Below are positions 50,330-63,700 of a stretch of DNA of 64,000 bases, piece by piece. Within the stretch, counting starts at the first letter, position 1, and every line of letters begins with the position of its first letter. This DNA is from Camelus dromedarius (Eukaryota): assembly GCF_036321535.1 (NCBI RefSeq), contig NC_087436.1:32614001-32678000 (forward strand), read 5' to 3'. The notes beneath the pieces were generated by a model. It made no database searches. It was not told the DNA's origin and was given only the letters and a program-made list of their open reading frames with translations. Made by a program: the position numbers and the translations under genes.

Positions 50330-51455
50330 CCTACCAGCGGTGTATGAGAACAAATGTTTCTCTAAGCTTTGCCAAGAGAGTGTTTGTTTTAATTTGCATT
50401 TCTCTTGTCATTAGTGAGGATGAACATCTTTATCCATTTTTATGTTATGTTTTTGATCCCTTACCCCTCAGTTTTTAGGAGTTCTTCATATATTACGGAT
50501 ACTAGCCTTTTATCTATGATCTATGTTGTGAATATTTTTTCTGTTTGTCATTTGTCTTTGACATTTATTTTTCAAATGAAGTTGTTAATTTTTGTGGAGT
50601 CAAATGTATCAATCTTTTAAAAATTGCTTCTGGATTTTTATTTACGGTTAGAACGTTGTTTCCTACACTGAATCAGTGAGGAATTCAACCGTGTCTTCTT
50701 TTAGTAATTGAGTCATTTTATTTTTTACATTTAGCTCTGTTCTCCTTTGGAAGATATATGTATATGAGTGTGTGTGTGTACTGCAAGGTATGGATCTAAC
50801 TTTATCTATGTTTTCAAATGGCCAAACAGCTGTTCCATTCCCATTTATGAAAAAAGTCTATTTTTTTCTGTAGTGACTTGGGATGCCACTTTAATCACAT
50901 ACTCAAGTTTAATATGTACTTGAGTCCATTATGTAAATTTCTATTCCATTTGACTAGTCTACTGATACACCGATACCACATTGTTCTAATTATAGAGGTT
51001 TATGGTGTTTTAATATATGGTAGGGTTAGTCACCACTCCCTCTATCATAGCTTTTCTTTTTCAGTGTTTCTCTGCCTATTCTTATGTGTTTATTTTTCCA
51101 CATGAAGTTTAAGTATCAATTGTCTAGTCTAGTTCCATTAAAAGTGTGTTGGTATGTATATTGAGAGATTGCATTAAATTCATGAATCAGTTTAGGGGCA
51201 ACTGACATCTTTAAGATGCTGGGTCTTCCTATCCAAGAACAAGGGAAGACTTTTTCTTTATTCAGCTTTACTTTATGTCTTTCAGGAGTGTTTCAAAGTT
51301 TTTCTAAAAAACAATTTTGCATATTTCTTGCTAAATTTTCCAAAGTATTTTAATCTTTTTATTGCTATTGTAAATGGACTTTTTTCTACCCTTATATCTC
51401 TAAGTGGTTATTGGCTGTGTGTATAAAAGCTATTAATTTCCATATGTTAATATGT
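50330..51455 (-). mobile_element. Old L1ME-like ORF2 remnant
   Basis: 'tttaatttgcatttctct', 'gtatggatctaactttat', 'gattgcattaaatt...aactgacatcttt', 'ttgctattgtaaatgg'. Confidence 0.75.
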
Positions 51456-51546
51456 AAGCTTTTTTTGAATAGGAAGACACAGTCATGTAAAAATAATATA
51501 CAATTTCATTAAATATAAATAAAAAATAAAAAATGCACTATGGATA

Positions 51547-51672
51547 GGGGGGCAGGATACATAGCTCAGTCGTAGAGCACGTGCTTAGCATGCATGAAGT
51601 CCTGAGTTCAATCCCCAGTATCTCCATTAAAAATAAATAAATAAACCTAATTATCGCCCCCCCAAATGATTA
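51547..51672 (+). mobile_element. tRNA-Ala-derived SINE (camelid Vic-1-like)
   Basis: 'atagctcagtcgtagagcacgtgcttagcatgcatgaagtcctgagttcaatccccagtatctcca...aaataaacctaatta'; TSD only degenerate. Confidence 0.9.
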
Positions 51673-51799
51673 AAAAATAAATGCATTTGGGGTAAAACTT
51701 GACAAAATTAGATTTTAGCTGAAAGAAGAAATACACGAGAATATACAGGATATTTAATGAGGGGATACTTGATCAATTGCATATTAAAATATATTATGA

Positions 51800-51832
51800 C
51801 TGTAACTCAATAAAATAAAATTTAAAAAATAA
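51800..51832 (+). mobile_element. Micro-insertion: extreme L1 3' terminus plus A-rich tail
   Basis: '(ga)ctgtaactcaataaaa' matches the young L1 end 'gctataactcaataaaaa'; perfect 15-bp TSD taaaatatattatga (51785-51799 / 51833-51847). Confidence 0.7.
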
Positions 51833-52687
51833 TAAAATATATTATGAAAATTTTGCAGTTAAAATAGTCTGATGTAATAGTAGCTATATGAATTAATGAA
51901 GCAGAATTCAGATATGGACTTGTATACAGAAATTTAAGATATGATAAAGCTGTCACTAAATCTATTAAAAGAAAATATAAATTATTTAATGAATCATGTT
52001 GGGAAATCTGATAATCATCTGTGCTAGGTCAGTATGTTTCCTTGTGAAGATGAGGCTCCCTTGGTGTAGCTGTGATGGGGACGGAAGGGATAAAGAGAAA
52101 GCTGAACTCTTCTGCATAAGAAATTGAAAGAAATGTTGGGATTACAAACTAGCCAGAGAGTCGGGAGGGGAAATGCAAGGGGGCTGCACAGAGGCTAAAT
52201 GGTAGTATGTGAAAATTTCTTTGGAGTAGTAATGGCTTAGGGATTTTTTCTTTAAAAGAACAGGATGTATAAGATGAAATTTCACACTGATTGCTTTTCT
52301 CTGCTGCCTCCACTGTTGTCTTAGGCATTGGTAATTTCCACTATACATACACCCTTCACTCAGTTGGAAGTATTTTGCATAGTGAAGGGGTAGAGCAGTG
52401 GCCAGCTTGGACACTATGCAGAAAAACACAGAATGGAGGTGGAGAAGCAGTGCACTTAGGGTCAGTGCCAAAATATATGTAGTTCTCACCAGTCATGGGG
52501 ACTGCAACTAATGTTTAGGTTAGACATTCAGGGCAGCTGTTTGTTAAAATAAAAAATGATTTTTTTTCCTGACGGTAGAATTTGGGATAACTTTTTACTT
52601 TGATTTTTAACATCCCTCTGAACTATTTACAATTATAATTATTTTTTAAATTAGGAAAACTAAAGTTATTTTCTTTTCAGGTAGCTC

Positions 52688-52765
52688 AACAATGTGCCAT
52701 TGAACTGTGCTTTTAAAAAGGTTAAGATGGTAAATTCTATGTGCATTTTATCACAAATAAAAAAA
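52688..52765 (+). mobile_element. L1 (L1MB-like) 3' terminus
   Basis: 'aatgtgccattgaactgtgcttttaaaaaggttaagatggtaaattctatgtgcattttatcacaaataaaaaa'. Confidence 0.75.
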
Positions 52766-53114
52766 GGCCTCATTAATGACACAAAGATATTTGCCACAAA
52801 TCCTTGTGATTTAGAGGAGAAGGGAAAATAAAGATAAAAAAATAACTGCAATTCCTCTGGGGTAACTGAATGACTCCTGAAATTTCCTGGCATTGTTTGT
52901 TTTGGACTACTGAGAGTACAAGGAGAGAGAGTACTGAGGAGGCAAGAAAATTAACAATTAAAAAGCTAGTGTGCTTTACAAGGAAGGCATCTCATGGATT
53001 ATGTTTCACAGTTTCCACGTTTTATTTTTGCCCTTCCCACTGCCCACATATTTCCAAAACTTGCCAACGGGGGCAGAAGTGTGCCAATGTCACACCCACC
53101 AGGTTTGGGGTTTC

Positions 53115-53250
53115 CTTTCAGACAAAGCCTCCACAGAGAAAATACTGTTCCTATTATACAGATTAAGAAACTAAGGTTCATAGTGAGCTGAACAGTAGGC
53201 AACCTAGCATTATGTGAGTGGCAGAGGCAGGATTTAAATACTAGTTTCAG
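53115..53250 (-). mobile_element. MIR SINE
   Basis: 'tatacagattaagaaactaaggttca...gagtggcagaggcaggatttaaa'. Confidence 0.7.
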
Positions 53251-53624
53251 GAGACCATTGGTTACGCTGTCTTAGAGCTCGCCTAAGCTTATGGTATTAT
53301 TTCCACATTTTCCCAACGTTTTATTACCCCCTTATTAAAGGAAACACATTAAGCAAATTTTAAACAAACAAACAAAAAGGAAACAGCAACGTGTTTACTT
53401 CATGGATGGCTCAGTGGTAGAGTCACAATTAATGTGAGAAAGTCACAAATAGAAGATGACATTTCAGGACAGAAATAAGGTTTTGCTTGTCCAGTTGCTG
53501 GTTTTGAAATTCTTCTTTCAGGCTTTTCACTTGTGAAAAACTTAAAAAGGGCAACAATCATTGATTAAGATGACATATCCACAGATAAGAATTCCTTTTC
53601 AGAGCAAAGTTTTTCAAAGACCAC

Positions 53625-54006
53625 TGTTATGGGTAGAATTGTGTCCCCAACCCAATCCATATGTTGAAGTCCTAACCCCTAGTACCTCAGAATGTGATTC
53701 TATTTGGAGATTAGGTCTTCAAAGAGGTAACGGAGGTAAAATGAAGTCATTAGGGTTCCCCCTAACTCAAGATGACTGGTGTCCTTATGAGAAGAAGAGG
53801 TTAGGATACAGACACACAACAGACTCTGTAAAGACACAAGGAGAAGATCGATAGCCATGGACAAGCCAAAGAGAAAGGTCCTCAGAAGAAACCAACCCTC
53901 CCTTGATCTTGGACTTTTGGCCTCCAGAATTGTGAGGAAATAAATGTCTGCTGTTTAAGCCACCCAGTCTGTGGTATTTTGTTACAGAGGCCCGAGGAAA
54001 CCTACA
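53625..54006 (+). mobile_element. MaLR solo LTR (MLT1A/B-like)
   Basis: TG...CA; 'tgttatgggtagaattgtgtcccc...gaagtcctaacccctagtacctcagaatgtga...aataaatgtctgctgtttaagccacccagtctgtggtattttgtta'. Confidence 0.92.
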
Positions 54007-55348
54007 TCAAAAAAACTACATCAAAATGACATGGGAGGCTTGCGAGAAATGAGAAGACTGTGAATGACAGGAAAAAGAAAGGAAAATATTAAAGAAAATG
54101 TCCATACTTTTAGCTCCTTCTGCTAATACTCAGGACAAAAGTGCTGTTGAAAGGATAATACTGATCTGGTATAATTTTCATTCTTCAGGAACCATAATCA
54201 CATTAGTATGTAAGTAAACCACACAGTTTTTTTTTTTTTTTTGGCCTAAAAAAGTACAATTTTCTACTCTTTAAAATAATACTGTTACCTATGTATGGAT
54301 ATAAATCCAAACAGGCAGCTCTACATTGACTACAGATTCTGAAATTCCCTTTAATTGCATTTACTCTTAGATCCTCAGGTCAAAACCGTGGGACTTAGAC
54401 CAATGACCTTAATATGGCTTAATATGTGGATTTCTTAAAGCTTTGACAGATAGTTGTATAATTCTGTTTATTTGCAATTTGTCTCTAGATACATAGAAGA
54501 TCCTAAAACTGCCTGATCCAACAAGGCATAATGATTCTGATATCTTTGCTCTTTTCTATGGCATGTTAATGTTCTGTTTTTAACTCTTTTTCATGGCTCT
54601 TGTCTCCTCTTCCCTCTCCACCTCCTTTCACCTGATTTCTTTTTTGTTGTCCCTTGCATGTTCTGTCATTGCTTTAATCCATTTCATAAAGCCTTGTGTT
54701 AATTCCACATTCAGTGGCTATTAAGATGATAACTGAACATGAATCACAATGAATATTTACATGTGGAAAATGATTAGTGATATTATTCTCCAAATGTTTT
54801 CTTTTAAAAAATTTGGAAGTGAAAATCTACATGAACAAAAATAAAGCAAAAAACAAATGTTTACTTTTTGGATGGCATTAATTTTACAACACCGCAGCAG
54901 AGGGAGGAGGAAAGGGAGTTGATTTTTAGCTACTTTAAAAGGTTCTGCAATGTTTTTATAAATTTCTCTAAACAAAATTAATATGACTTGTTTAATATTT
55001 AATAATGTTTTGACTAGAATTTGTAGAACTCCAAAGCCTTTAATCTTAAAATCATATATTATGCACTTAATACAGCTGTTCTGTAGCAATGCTCTATAGA
55101 GATGATCTCTAAATTTAGTACTGGTTGAGAAGAGTGATATAAGAATGCTTGAATTTATCTTTACGTGGAGGAAGGAAAAAAGAGAAAAGACATTTTGAGA
55201 GAAGATGAAAGATGACTGGCATTGTGAACTATAGAGGTTAATCCTCTTCCTCGTGGAAAACTGGGGACATGGAACCATGGAGCTTGGGGAGAGAAGCCAG
55301 GGCTGGCTGACTCTTTGAATCCAGAAGGTACAAGGAGATAACATCAGT

Positions 55349-55917
55349 TGTAGTGAAACAAAGAGGTTTGATCTGCCTGGCCCCATAAAGTACACTAGGG
55401 GGCTGGCCCTGGGACAAGACTGGGCTACTGACCCCAGATAGATGCAGTTTCTCTTGGAACAGAAAGCCAAGTGAGGTTACCACATATATTTCAGCTCTGG
55501 GAAAGCTGGGAAATGGAAAAAGAAGCAAGTAGATGTCAAAGTTCTTACATGCAAGGGAAATTCCCCATTGCTGGCTTGAAGATGTAGAGCCAAGTGTTCA
55601 GGACCTCAGGATAACTTCTAGGAGCTGAGATGACCCTTGGCCAGCAGCCAGCAAGAAAATGGGAACCTCAGTCTTAAAACTGTGAGGAGCTGAATTTGGC
55701 CAATAGCTGGAATGTGCCCGGAACTCTATTCTTCCCAAAACCTCCAGACGAGAGATGAGAACTCAGCCAGGTTAACAGCTTGAAGGTGATACCCAGAGCA
55801 GAGAATCCATTTGAATAGCTCTACGACTTCTGACTTACATAACTGAGAGAATAAATGGGTGTTGTTTCAAGCTGCTAACTTTGTAGGTATTTGCTATGCA
55901 GCAATAGAATATTTATA
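55349..55917 (+). mobile_element. MaLR solo LTR (MLT1E/F-like)
   Basis: 'ccattgctggcttgaagatg', 'ctaggagctgag...cagccagcaagaaaatgggaacctcagtc', 'aataaatgggtgttgtttcaagctgctaa...tatgcagcaatag'. Confidence 0.85.
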
Positions 55918-55964
55918 GTGACATAACATTGAAAACTCTTTCCTTAAGGTATTTTGGTGTCCAT

Positions 55965-56168
55965 AAATCAGTTTCAAGCTAGCTGCCTCTTACCAGTTGT
56001 TTGACCTTTAGTAAGTCACACAATCTTTCTTAGTATGTTTTCTCACCAGCATAGACAAAGGAAATAATGACTACCTCCTTAAATGAATTTAGGTTGTAGG
56101 TGACGTGAATTAACGCTAATGACAATTCCTAGCAGGTTTCCTGGCATGTGGTAGGCACTCATAAATGG
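55965..56168 (+). mobile_element. MIR SINE
   Basis: 'tgacctttagtaagtcacacaatct...cctggcatgtggtaggcactcataaatg'. Confidence 0.65.
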
Positions 56169-58594
56169 TTTATTCTTTCCTTCCTCTCCTTCTTATTTTC
56201 TTTCTTTCTTTTTTTCTCTTTTTCCCCCCTGCTTTGAAAGAGCAACAATTGTTTCTAGAAACATTTTTTCTAAGCCTCTCAGAAGACAAAGAATGGCTGG
56301 GGGAACAGGGAAAGTTAGTTATTACTGATTCTCTGCTAATTCCTTCTGTCCAGTCGCATCCTTACTTTCTTGCCCCTTCATCCTGCCCAAGCCTCATATC
56401 CAGAGCTGTCATGACCCCACGGGGAGGAGAACCAAGGAGACTGCTCACCCCAAGCACAGGGAGGGAAAACTGCAAGGGTGTAATGAAAGGTGTTACATTC
56501 TTTCCCTTGTTCTATTTCTGTAACAGCTTAATTCTGTGACATGAAAATCTCCCTCTCTGTCTTAAAAATAGTCTGTAAAGAAAGCCGCAAAGCTGTAAAT
56601 CATTATATGTTGTCCCCAACTGATTGCTGCAGAAACCTAAACATAACCAAGAAAGGTGTTGGGAACTTGGGGAAATTCTTTCAGAGAAGAAAACACAACT
56701 AAAGCAGAAAAACTCAACTAGGGATTGGGGATTAGGGAACCAAGGGGGAGATGTTGCTTTTTAAATGGAGAAAGATTATTTTGAGAAAGCCTTCAGACAA
56801 GTCATGGTACCAGCAAAAGTCTAGAGTAGAAAGCCGGTGAGCATTGGCCAGCTCTGGGCGAGTGGTCTTCTGCGTTGTGAATGTCCTCTTCTTCCTTTCT
56901 GATCTGGCTGAGTCTCACTCTTTTTCACAGTGATTCATCAGTGAGCTTCAGCTAAGATTTTGATAGTCAAGAGCAGTTTAAAATAGGATTGGTCCCTTTG
57001 GGTACTTATAGTTCAAAGTTGGGGAGAAAGGATGAGAGGAACAGCCAGGTAGATTCAAACCCTGACACTGCTTCTGTAAAACCATTGGTGTCAGTAACTT
57101 GGGGTCAAGGGACTCCATTGGTAGCTGCTCAAATACCATCTCTACAGGAAGGATCACCCTGTAGGTAGAGAATAAATCCCCTAATCTGGGGTTTATTCCC
57201 ATGGTTTGTTGCTTTTAGTTTTTATTGTTTGACATACTCCATATATGCTTCATGGCACAGGGTTTTATGCCTGCTGTGGCCCTTGGCAGCATCTGAGGGA
57301 GAATCTCAGAATACCCCTTTTTCATACAGTGTCAACCAAGGTACTCAAAAGTTAACAGCATTTGTCAACATGGGTAAAATCAATATTTTCCATTTTCTGC
57401 TTAGCCCTCCAGAATTTTCATTATATATGCAAAGTGGTCAGGAAAAGGTATATACAAAAGACTCAAGGTGTAATATTTCAAGAGTGCAGCAGAAATTCAA
57501 GGAGGTTGGTTCCATGTCCTATACATTGAATAGCTCAATGAGGGTTGTTAGTTTTTTAATGTAAGAATAATATGTTCTTCTTATAGTGATCTTTCTGATG
57601 GGAATTTTTGGATCAAAATTTGACTGTCTACTGATTCCAAACATTTGGTATTACATCTTCCACACATTTGAAAAAGATGTAATACCTCAGAATATGTACA
57701 AAATCCATTTGTTGTTATTTAGAAACTGATATTAGCATAAGAACTAGAATAAAACTCAATGTGCTTTGGGACCAGCAAGATGGGATCATTGTACTGATAA
57801 TAAAGTAAAATTTAAAATTTAGAATGTAAATGAAATGTGCTTAATGGTGTTTTTGTTTTTTTTTAAGAATGATCTATTTGCAAGTTTGAAACAAGTCTCT
57901 CGGAAACATGAAGGACGCTCAAATTTGTCATCTTTTGTTCTTTGATTAGTACATACTTTTCTTTAGGAAATAGGATCTGCAAGTCTATTTTTCTTCTTGC
58001 CCTAGAGACTTCTCTCATCTTTTTTATATTATCCTACAGGGTTAGGCGATTACGTACATTTATTTTATGTTTCTCCTCTGAATGGATTTAAATTCCTCTA
58101 CTTGGAAGCCATCCCTTCAGGGAATGAAGAGGGCTTATCTTTGCAGGCCATGTGGATTCCTGTGAATGCTCTTTTCCAACATGAAAGCGATTTGCATGCC
58201 AGTACTGCTGAGCTATCTCGTGTTCCCTCAACACTCGTCATTTTTCAGTTGCTTTCTCCTCTGTCTGGGATGTCCATTCCTAGCTGTTAAACACTCTGTT
58301 CATTCTTCAGAACCATGTTTATGAATCAATTCTTTGTGAAACTTTTTCTTTCCATCTTCATCTCCTTCATCTCCTGCCCCATAATCCTAGGCCAGAGTTT
58401 ATTGTGGTTTCTTCTCTAGTATCTCCATACCACAGATATGGCTTTATGATTGTGTTAATCATGCTATATTGTGGCCATAATGTTAGCTCTCCTGATTTCA
58501 CTTAGCTCTCTAGGACTAAAGTTGTTGATCTTTTCAATCTCTGTAAGTTTTACCTTGGTCTCATGCAAGTCTCCTTAACAATAAATTATATATA

Positions 58595-58940
58595 ACAACA
58601 ATTAATATGTATTAGGTGTGTACTACCACATTTTATCAACAAGATGCACATATTTTTCTTCCATATTTGCATGTCTCTAAAATCAGGATGTAACTTAAGG
58701 TTGGTGAAGTCTTAGGTTTGATGAAATACAATATATGCCTGCCACTGGATTAACGTCTTAATATTATATTTTATCCTTAATAATCCAATAAAGTAAGTAC
58801 TATTATTATTGGTTTTTAGATAAGGAAACAGGGACCTGGAGGGATTAAAAAAACTGGTTCATGGTACGTAGCTACTAAGAGGCAGAGCAAGGCCTTAAAC
58901 TTAGGTATGTATCTCTTTAATACCCATGGTTTAATCACTA
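58595..58940 (-). mobile_element. MIR SINE interrupted by a Tc2-type MITE
   Basis: 'tttagataaggaaacagggacc...ggcagagcaaggccttaaacttagg'. Confidence 0.6.
58626..58731 (+). mobile_element. TcMar-Tc2 MITE (MER104/Kanga-like)
   Basis: 'aagatgcacatatttt...tctctaaaatcaggatg...gtcttaggtttgatgaaatac'; degenerate terminal inverted repeats flanked by TA. Confidence 0.65.
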
Positions 58941-58974
58941 TTCTGGGGAAGAGTGGTAAGAATGAAAAACAATT

Positions 58975-59200
58975 TATAATTTGAGGACCCCTATTATGTG
59001 GCAGCCATTGTGCTAGGTACTCTACATACTACTTCCTATTTTATTGTCACAAAAATTTTATGAGGTAGATATTATAGTCTTTATATTATAGACAAGGAGA
59101 CTTAGGCTCATGTCAGATAGCTTATTTGAAGTGACATAGCTGGGAAGTGCTGAAGTCAGGATTTGAACTCAGGTCTGGTGGGTTCCAAAGTCCTTTTCAC
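58975..59200 (-). mobile_element. MIR SINE
   Basis: 'tatgaggtagatattat...gtcaggatttgaactcaggtctgg'. Confidence 0.8.
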
Positions 59201-59931
59201 CACAAGTTTAGCAGTGCTCTTTCAAAGAGAAATGAACCATTGATATAGGCAATGTGAACTGAACAAATATAGAAATCCATTCCCCAGATGGCAAAATTAT
59301 GTAGTAACTCTTTGTATGATGACCTTAGAGTATGCTAGACACTTGACTTTCCTTAAAGATAAGAAAAGTAAGCACTGGTGATGACTCTGTTGATAATTGA
59401 ACAGTGAACTAGTCTTAGGGTGTTTTCTCAGCCTGTGTAGCCTCCATTGCCTCACCTTGTACCCCAGTCCCATGTACACAAGGTGATACAAGGGTTCCAA
59501 TTAACTGGACCCTGCCCTGTAGCTTTGTGTGTTAAAGGACATTGATCTGGCATCATAAACAATGTTCAATTAATATTCCATTTGTTAAACTACTTGACTT
59601 GTGGTCTTATGAACTTGGTCTTATACTTACTGATTCAGCCTGGGCTAGACTATTAACCATTTGGACACTCCATTATGTAGAATGTCTATTATATGCATTT
59701 ATTCTGTCTTTCATGGAGAAATTCTTTTCTCCTCTTTTAAGGGAAAAAGCAAGATAGTTTCACAAACTAATCTTCACAAGGAGCTCACTGTAACAATTCA
59801 AATATGCAGTATTTAGGTATATTCAGTTCTTTCAAAGAGTATAGCACGTGAATATGCCACTGTTTTCATTTTCCTCTTGGGCAAACTTTGCTATGTAACC
59901 AGAGTTAATTGAATTTAAATGTAGTATTCCA

Positions 59932-60153
59932 GGTAGTGCTTCCCAAAATGCGTTCCACCTCATATTAGCTCTGAGTTGACCTTTGAAAAACAGGACCCAT
60001 GGTCAAATCAGTCTAGGAATTGTAGTAAAGCTATTCCTTCCTCATAGAGTTTAACCATTAGTGTATTAAGTCCAGCTATAAAGAACTTGTTTTTTGGTAA
60101 GCCTGTTGACATTTCATGGAACTAGTTTTTCCTTAATGCACTTCAGGATACAC
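59932..60153. mobile_element. Degenerate hAT-Charlie MITE (MER112/113/117-like)
   Basis: Begins 'agtgcttcccaaaatgcgttcc', ends 'cacttcaggatacactg'. Confidence 0.4.
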
Positions 60154-60157
60154 TGTC

Positions 60158-60637
60158 TGTGGCAGAGGCTACAATTGCCCCCCAGTATCCATTCTCTTTT
60201 TCGTCTTAGGAAGAGAATCTCTGAATTTTAGCTAGACACATAGCTTTCCAGCTAAGCACTACATCTTCTAGCTTCTTTGACTAGCAGTTGTAGCTGTGTG
60301 AATAATTTTTTGCCAGCAGAATGTGAGCAAAAGTGATGTAGGCAGCTTGTGTCTTGCTTCTTTAAAAGGAAGTTGCCTGCCCTCTACTTTCTATTTTTCC
60401 CCATTCTTCTTGGCTGGAACACTCAACTGCTGGTGACTCAATTTTAATCATTTGGCCAGTATGATATGTCAGGGGATGCAGAATGAAAACGTACGAAGAT
60501 TTGGGTTCTGGGTAGTTTTGTGGACTACTCATCTATATCTGAATTGTTTCATAGAAGAGAAATAAAATTCCATTTGTTTGAACCACTCAGTTTCGGGTGT
60601 CTTATTATAGCTGCTTAACCTAAACTATCACTAATTA
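60158..60637 (+). mobile_element. MaLR solo LTR (MLT1J-like)
   Basis: 'tgtggcagaggct...cagtatccattctc...gaatgtgagcaaaagtgatgt...gagaaataaaattccatttgtttgaaccact'. Confidence 0.8.
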
Positions 60638-63544
60638 CTGTCCTGGAATTCTCTAAGAATTGTATGCTTGGGTTAGTATAAACTTCCTGAATTCTACTGG
60701 CTTTTTTTTTTTTTTTTTTTCAGTTTGGGTTGTTTTTTTTTTCTATTGGCTTTTCTTAATAAATGTCTTTAAAGAAAAATTCCTAAATGCTTTAGAGGAA
60801 GCTAAAACTTTAGGTGAAATAACATTCAGAATGAAGCTAAGCTAAAGATTTACCATTAAAATATCGAATGAACTCTTAAATAATGAAACATTTGCTCAGA
60901 CTGAGCCAGGTTAAAGACTGGACTTTCTCATGTAAGAAGATGAGGTTTTAAATGACTCATGTTATGTATAGTATCACTAATTTTTCTGAGTGTGTTTATA
61001 CATAAATGTTTCAAGCTACTGAACTAAATGAATGATTCATATTAGCTTCAAAAAGAAAACCTTTGGGATTTTCTCTGTCTGCTCTGCATTTTAACTTGCC
61101 ATTATTTAAAGGCTTTTTCAAGACTTTTAATAGCAGACACACTGGCAACAATGTCAATTCTGACCTCAGTCAAACATAATAGGAGAGAGCAAATTGTGTT
61201 TTCCTCGGAAAAGAAAACCACAGCATATTTTCCTCCTGGAATAATTTGATTTCCTTTTGCTGTAGAAAGTCCAGAGAAAATGACTGCAATTCTACCATAA
61301 GCTTCCACAAGTTGAAACTGAATGCCTGTGATTTTACTTCCCATGATGACTTTTCTACTCTAATGCTTGGGTTTCCATTTTAGGGCCCCTGATTACTCGA
61401 TGTGCTGCAAGATCTTAATGTAACTAAGCACGCATGGCTTGGCTCTGCTTTGGGGCAATGGCATCCTGCCCGCTTCTGTGATGAATGTGTCTAGAGCTTT
61501 AGCCCTGAAAACTCCAGTCTCTAAGGAATTGTCGATTTTGTCTCTGACATTTATGAAGGACACCTGTGTAATGTCTGAACATGGCCTAAGTCTCTGCAGC
61601 GCCACATGTATCATGGTACCTGTGTTTAGCTTCAAGCCCAGCAATGGAAATGAGCAGTTTACTAATTGGAAATCATAACAGGTTTTGCCTTTTTCATTGC
61701 AACATCTGTGAAGTAGTATGAAATTTGGTGTCTAAAAATCTTTATTTAATTTACTACTAGAAGAAGATCAAATTTCAGATTCTTTTTGCTGGCACTGGAG
61801 TCAGATGAATTTTTTACAAGGGTGTACAGGAATTCTAAAGAAAAAGTGAAACCAATAGCTTTTTAGAATTTCTTTGTTTTATGTTGGGTTTCTTAGAAGT
61901 GAAAAATAATTGTTTCTTGGGAGAAAGTTAAAAACTACCTGTGCAGAAGGAAAAACAGAAAAGGAACCATAATATTTCATATTTTTGGACTTTTGAAGGC
62001 TAATTTTGATCCCTTTTTTAAGATTTTTTTTTTTAAGATTATAATATAGTTCTTTGCAGGTCACTCTGTCTCTGGAACATTTTCACTCAGTTATCAAGGA
62101 AACCCAAAGGCATCTGTGGGAGTAAACCATTCTTTGAAAGATTAGCAAAGATTCACTATCAATAAAACAAAAATAGCCCTTATCCTCTACCACACAACAA
62201 CTTTTAAGAGAAGATTTGTGAGCCTTTTAGGTGCATATGCTATAAAAATGCAAAATGGTGGTAACAGGTGATGTAAAGGGAGACAAAGGTTTCCATACAG
62301 TTCCTTTGTAAAAGAAAACAAATCCATGGGTTCTATATAACATTCATGATAGGACATAGTGCTCTGTCCCAGACTGCTAATTTTTCCTTTTTCTCATTTG
62401 TTTTCCTTTTTCCTCATTCTTTATAAATAGAAACTTTTAATCTTATCATTCCCTTCCTGAAATGAGTTCTTGACCTAGTTCAGACTGCAGAATTCCAAAG
62501 AACATGGGTCATGTTTGTGAGGTTTTCTCGGCGAAGGGCCTCAGTGCAACAGCACATGTGAACAAATGCTTAAAAAATAAGACTTTTGATCATGATGTCA
62601 CTTAGATTTTAGAAAAAAAAATGTTTCAACTGAATAGCTTTAGGCTGCAACTCATTGTATAATAAACTAGACAGCTGCCTCAAATCTTTTCTGAAATGAA
62701 GTAGGATTTATTACTAAATAAAATAAGAGATCCATTTATCAATGCAACAAATATTCATTCTTTAACAGAGTGTGGTGCTAGGCTTGTGTCATCACATGGT
62801 TTGTGCTAGAATCTGGTGGGTACAGATGAGGTTACATTAACTCTAACAACTCAAATTTTATTGACTTGTGAGAACCTTGGCCTCCTGAAAACTCCCTGCA
62901 GAGTATATTTTTAGGGTATCTTTAAGGGGCATCTCCTATGCACTTGTAGATAGCCCTTCTGCTCAATGATGTCTTCTACCTAAGAAAATATCTGCAAGCA
63001 GTTGCTGCCTCCTGTCACTATACTTCTGAAGCTCCCAAAGTTGCAAGCTTCAGGGGCCACATAGAGTTGCATGTCCTGCAATTGACCCAGGTCCAGGAAC
63101 AAGCTGTGTTCCACACACAATATATTTTGTCAGGCGGCACACAAAGAGGGTCTTAGATGGTGTCTCTTAAGGTCCTTTGGGAAAACATGTTTCCCCCCTG
63201 GTTTTTGCTGATAGCATCTCTCTCTCCTTAGAGCTCAAACATGAGTCTCTGAGTCCTGAGCATGATAGCCACCATGTTGTTCCCTTCAAATCTCAGATGT
63301 CTCCCACAGTGTGCCTTGAAAAGTCCTATTCCTTGCAGCCGTTCTGCACCCCTTGGCAGATCAATTTGTGTTAATAGACACTTGTGGGCTACCACTACCT
63401 CATCAGACATGCCCAGACATGTCTGAATCCTAGCAGAGGCAACAGCTTAGGTTGAAACTGAAGCCTCTGTACGTGCTTAACAAAAATTCACACAAAGTAC
63501 TATGAAACATAAGTCTTTCAGTGGAAAATATCTCATGTTAAATT

Positions 63545-63700
63545 GGTTCATGCATGCATGCTTCATTTATAATCCAAATAAATTCCTAAGCCCCATATGG
63601 CCTAGTTTTGGCACAGTACTACATTAAAGAAACAGTCTAGCAACCAAAAGTAATTACAAAGTAATTCCCACATTTATTTGGGCCTCCTTAAGAGTATTAA
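63545..63700 (-). mobile_element. L2 3' fragment (degenerate)
   Basis: 'ttcatgcatgcatgcttcattt...aaattcctaagcccc'. Confidence 0.35.

Noticed and set aside
54757..55470. Longest ORF in the track (237 aa)
   Set aside because: Starts at TTG inside an MLT1 LTR on its antisense strand; F/L/I/S-rich composition typical of AT-rich non-coding DNA; no recognisable domain
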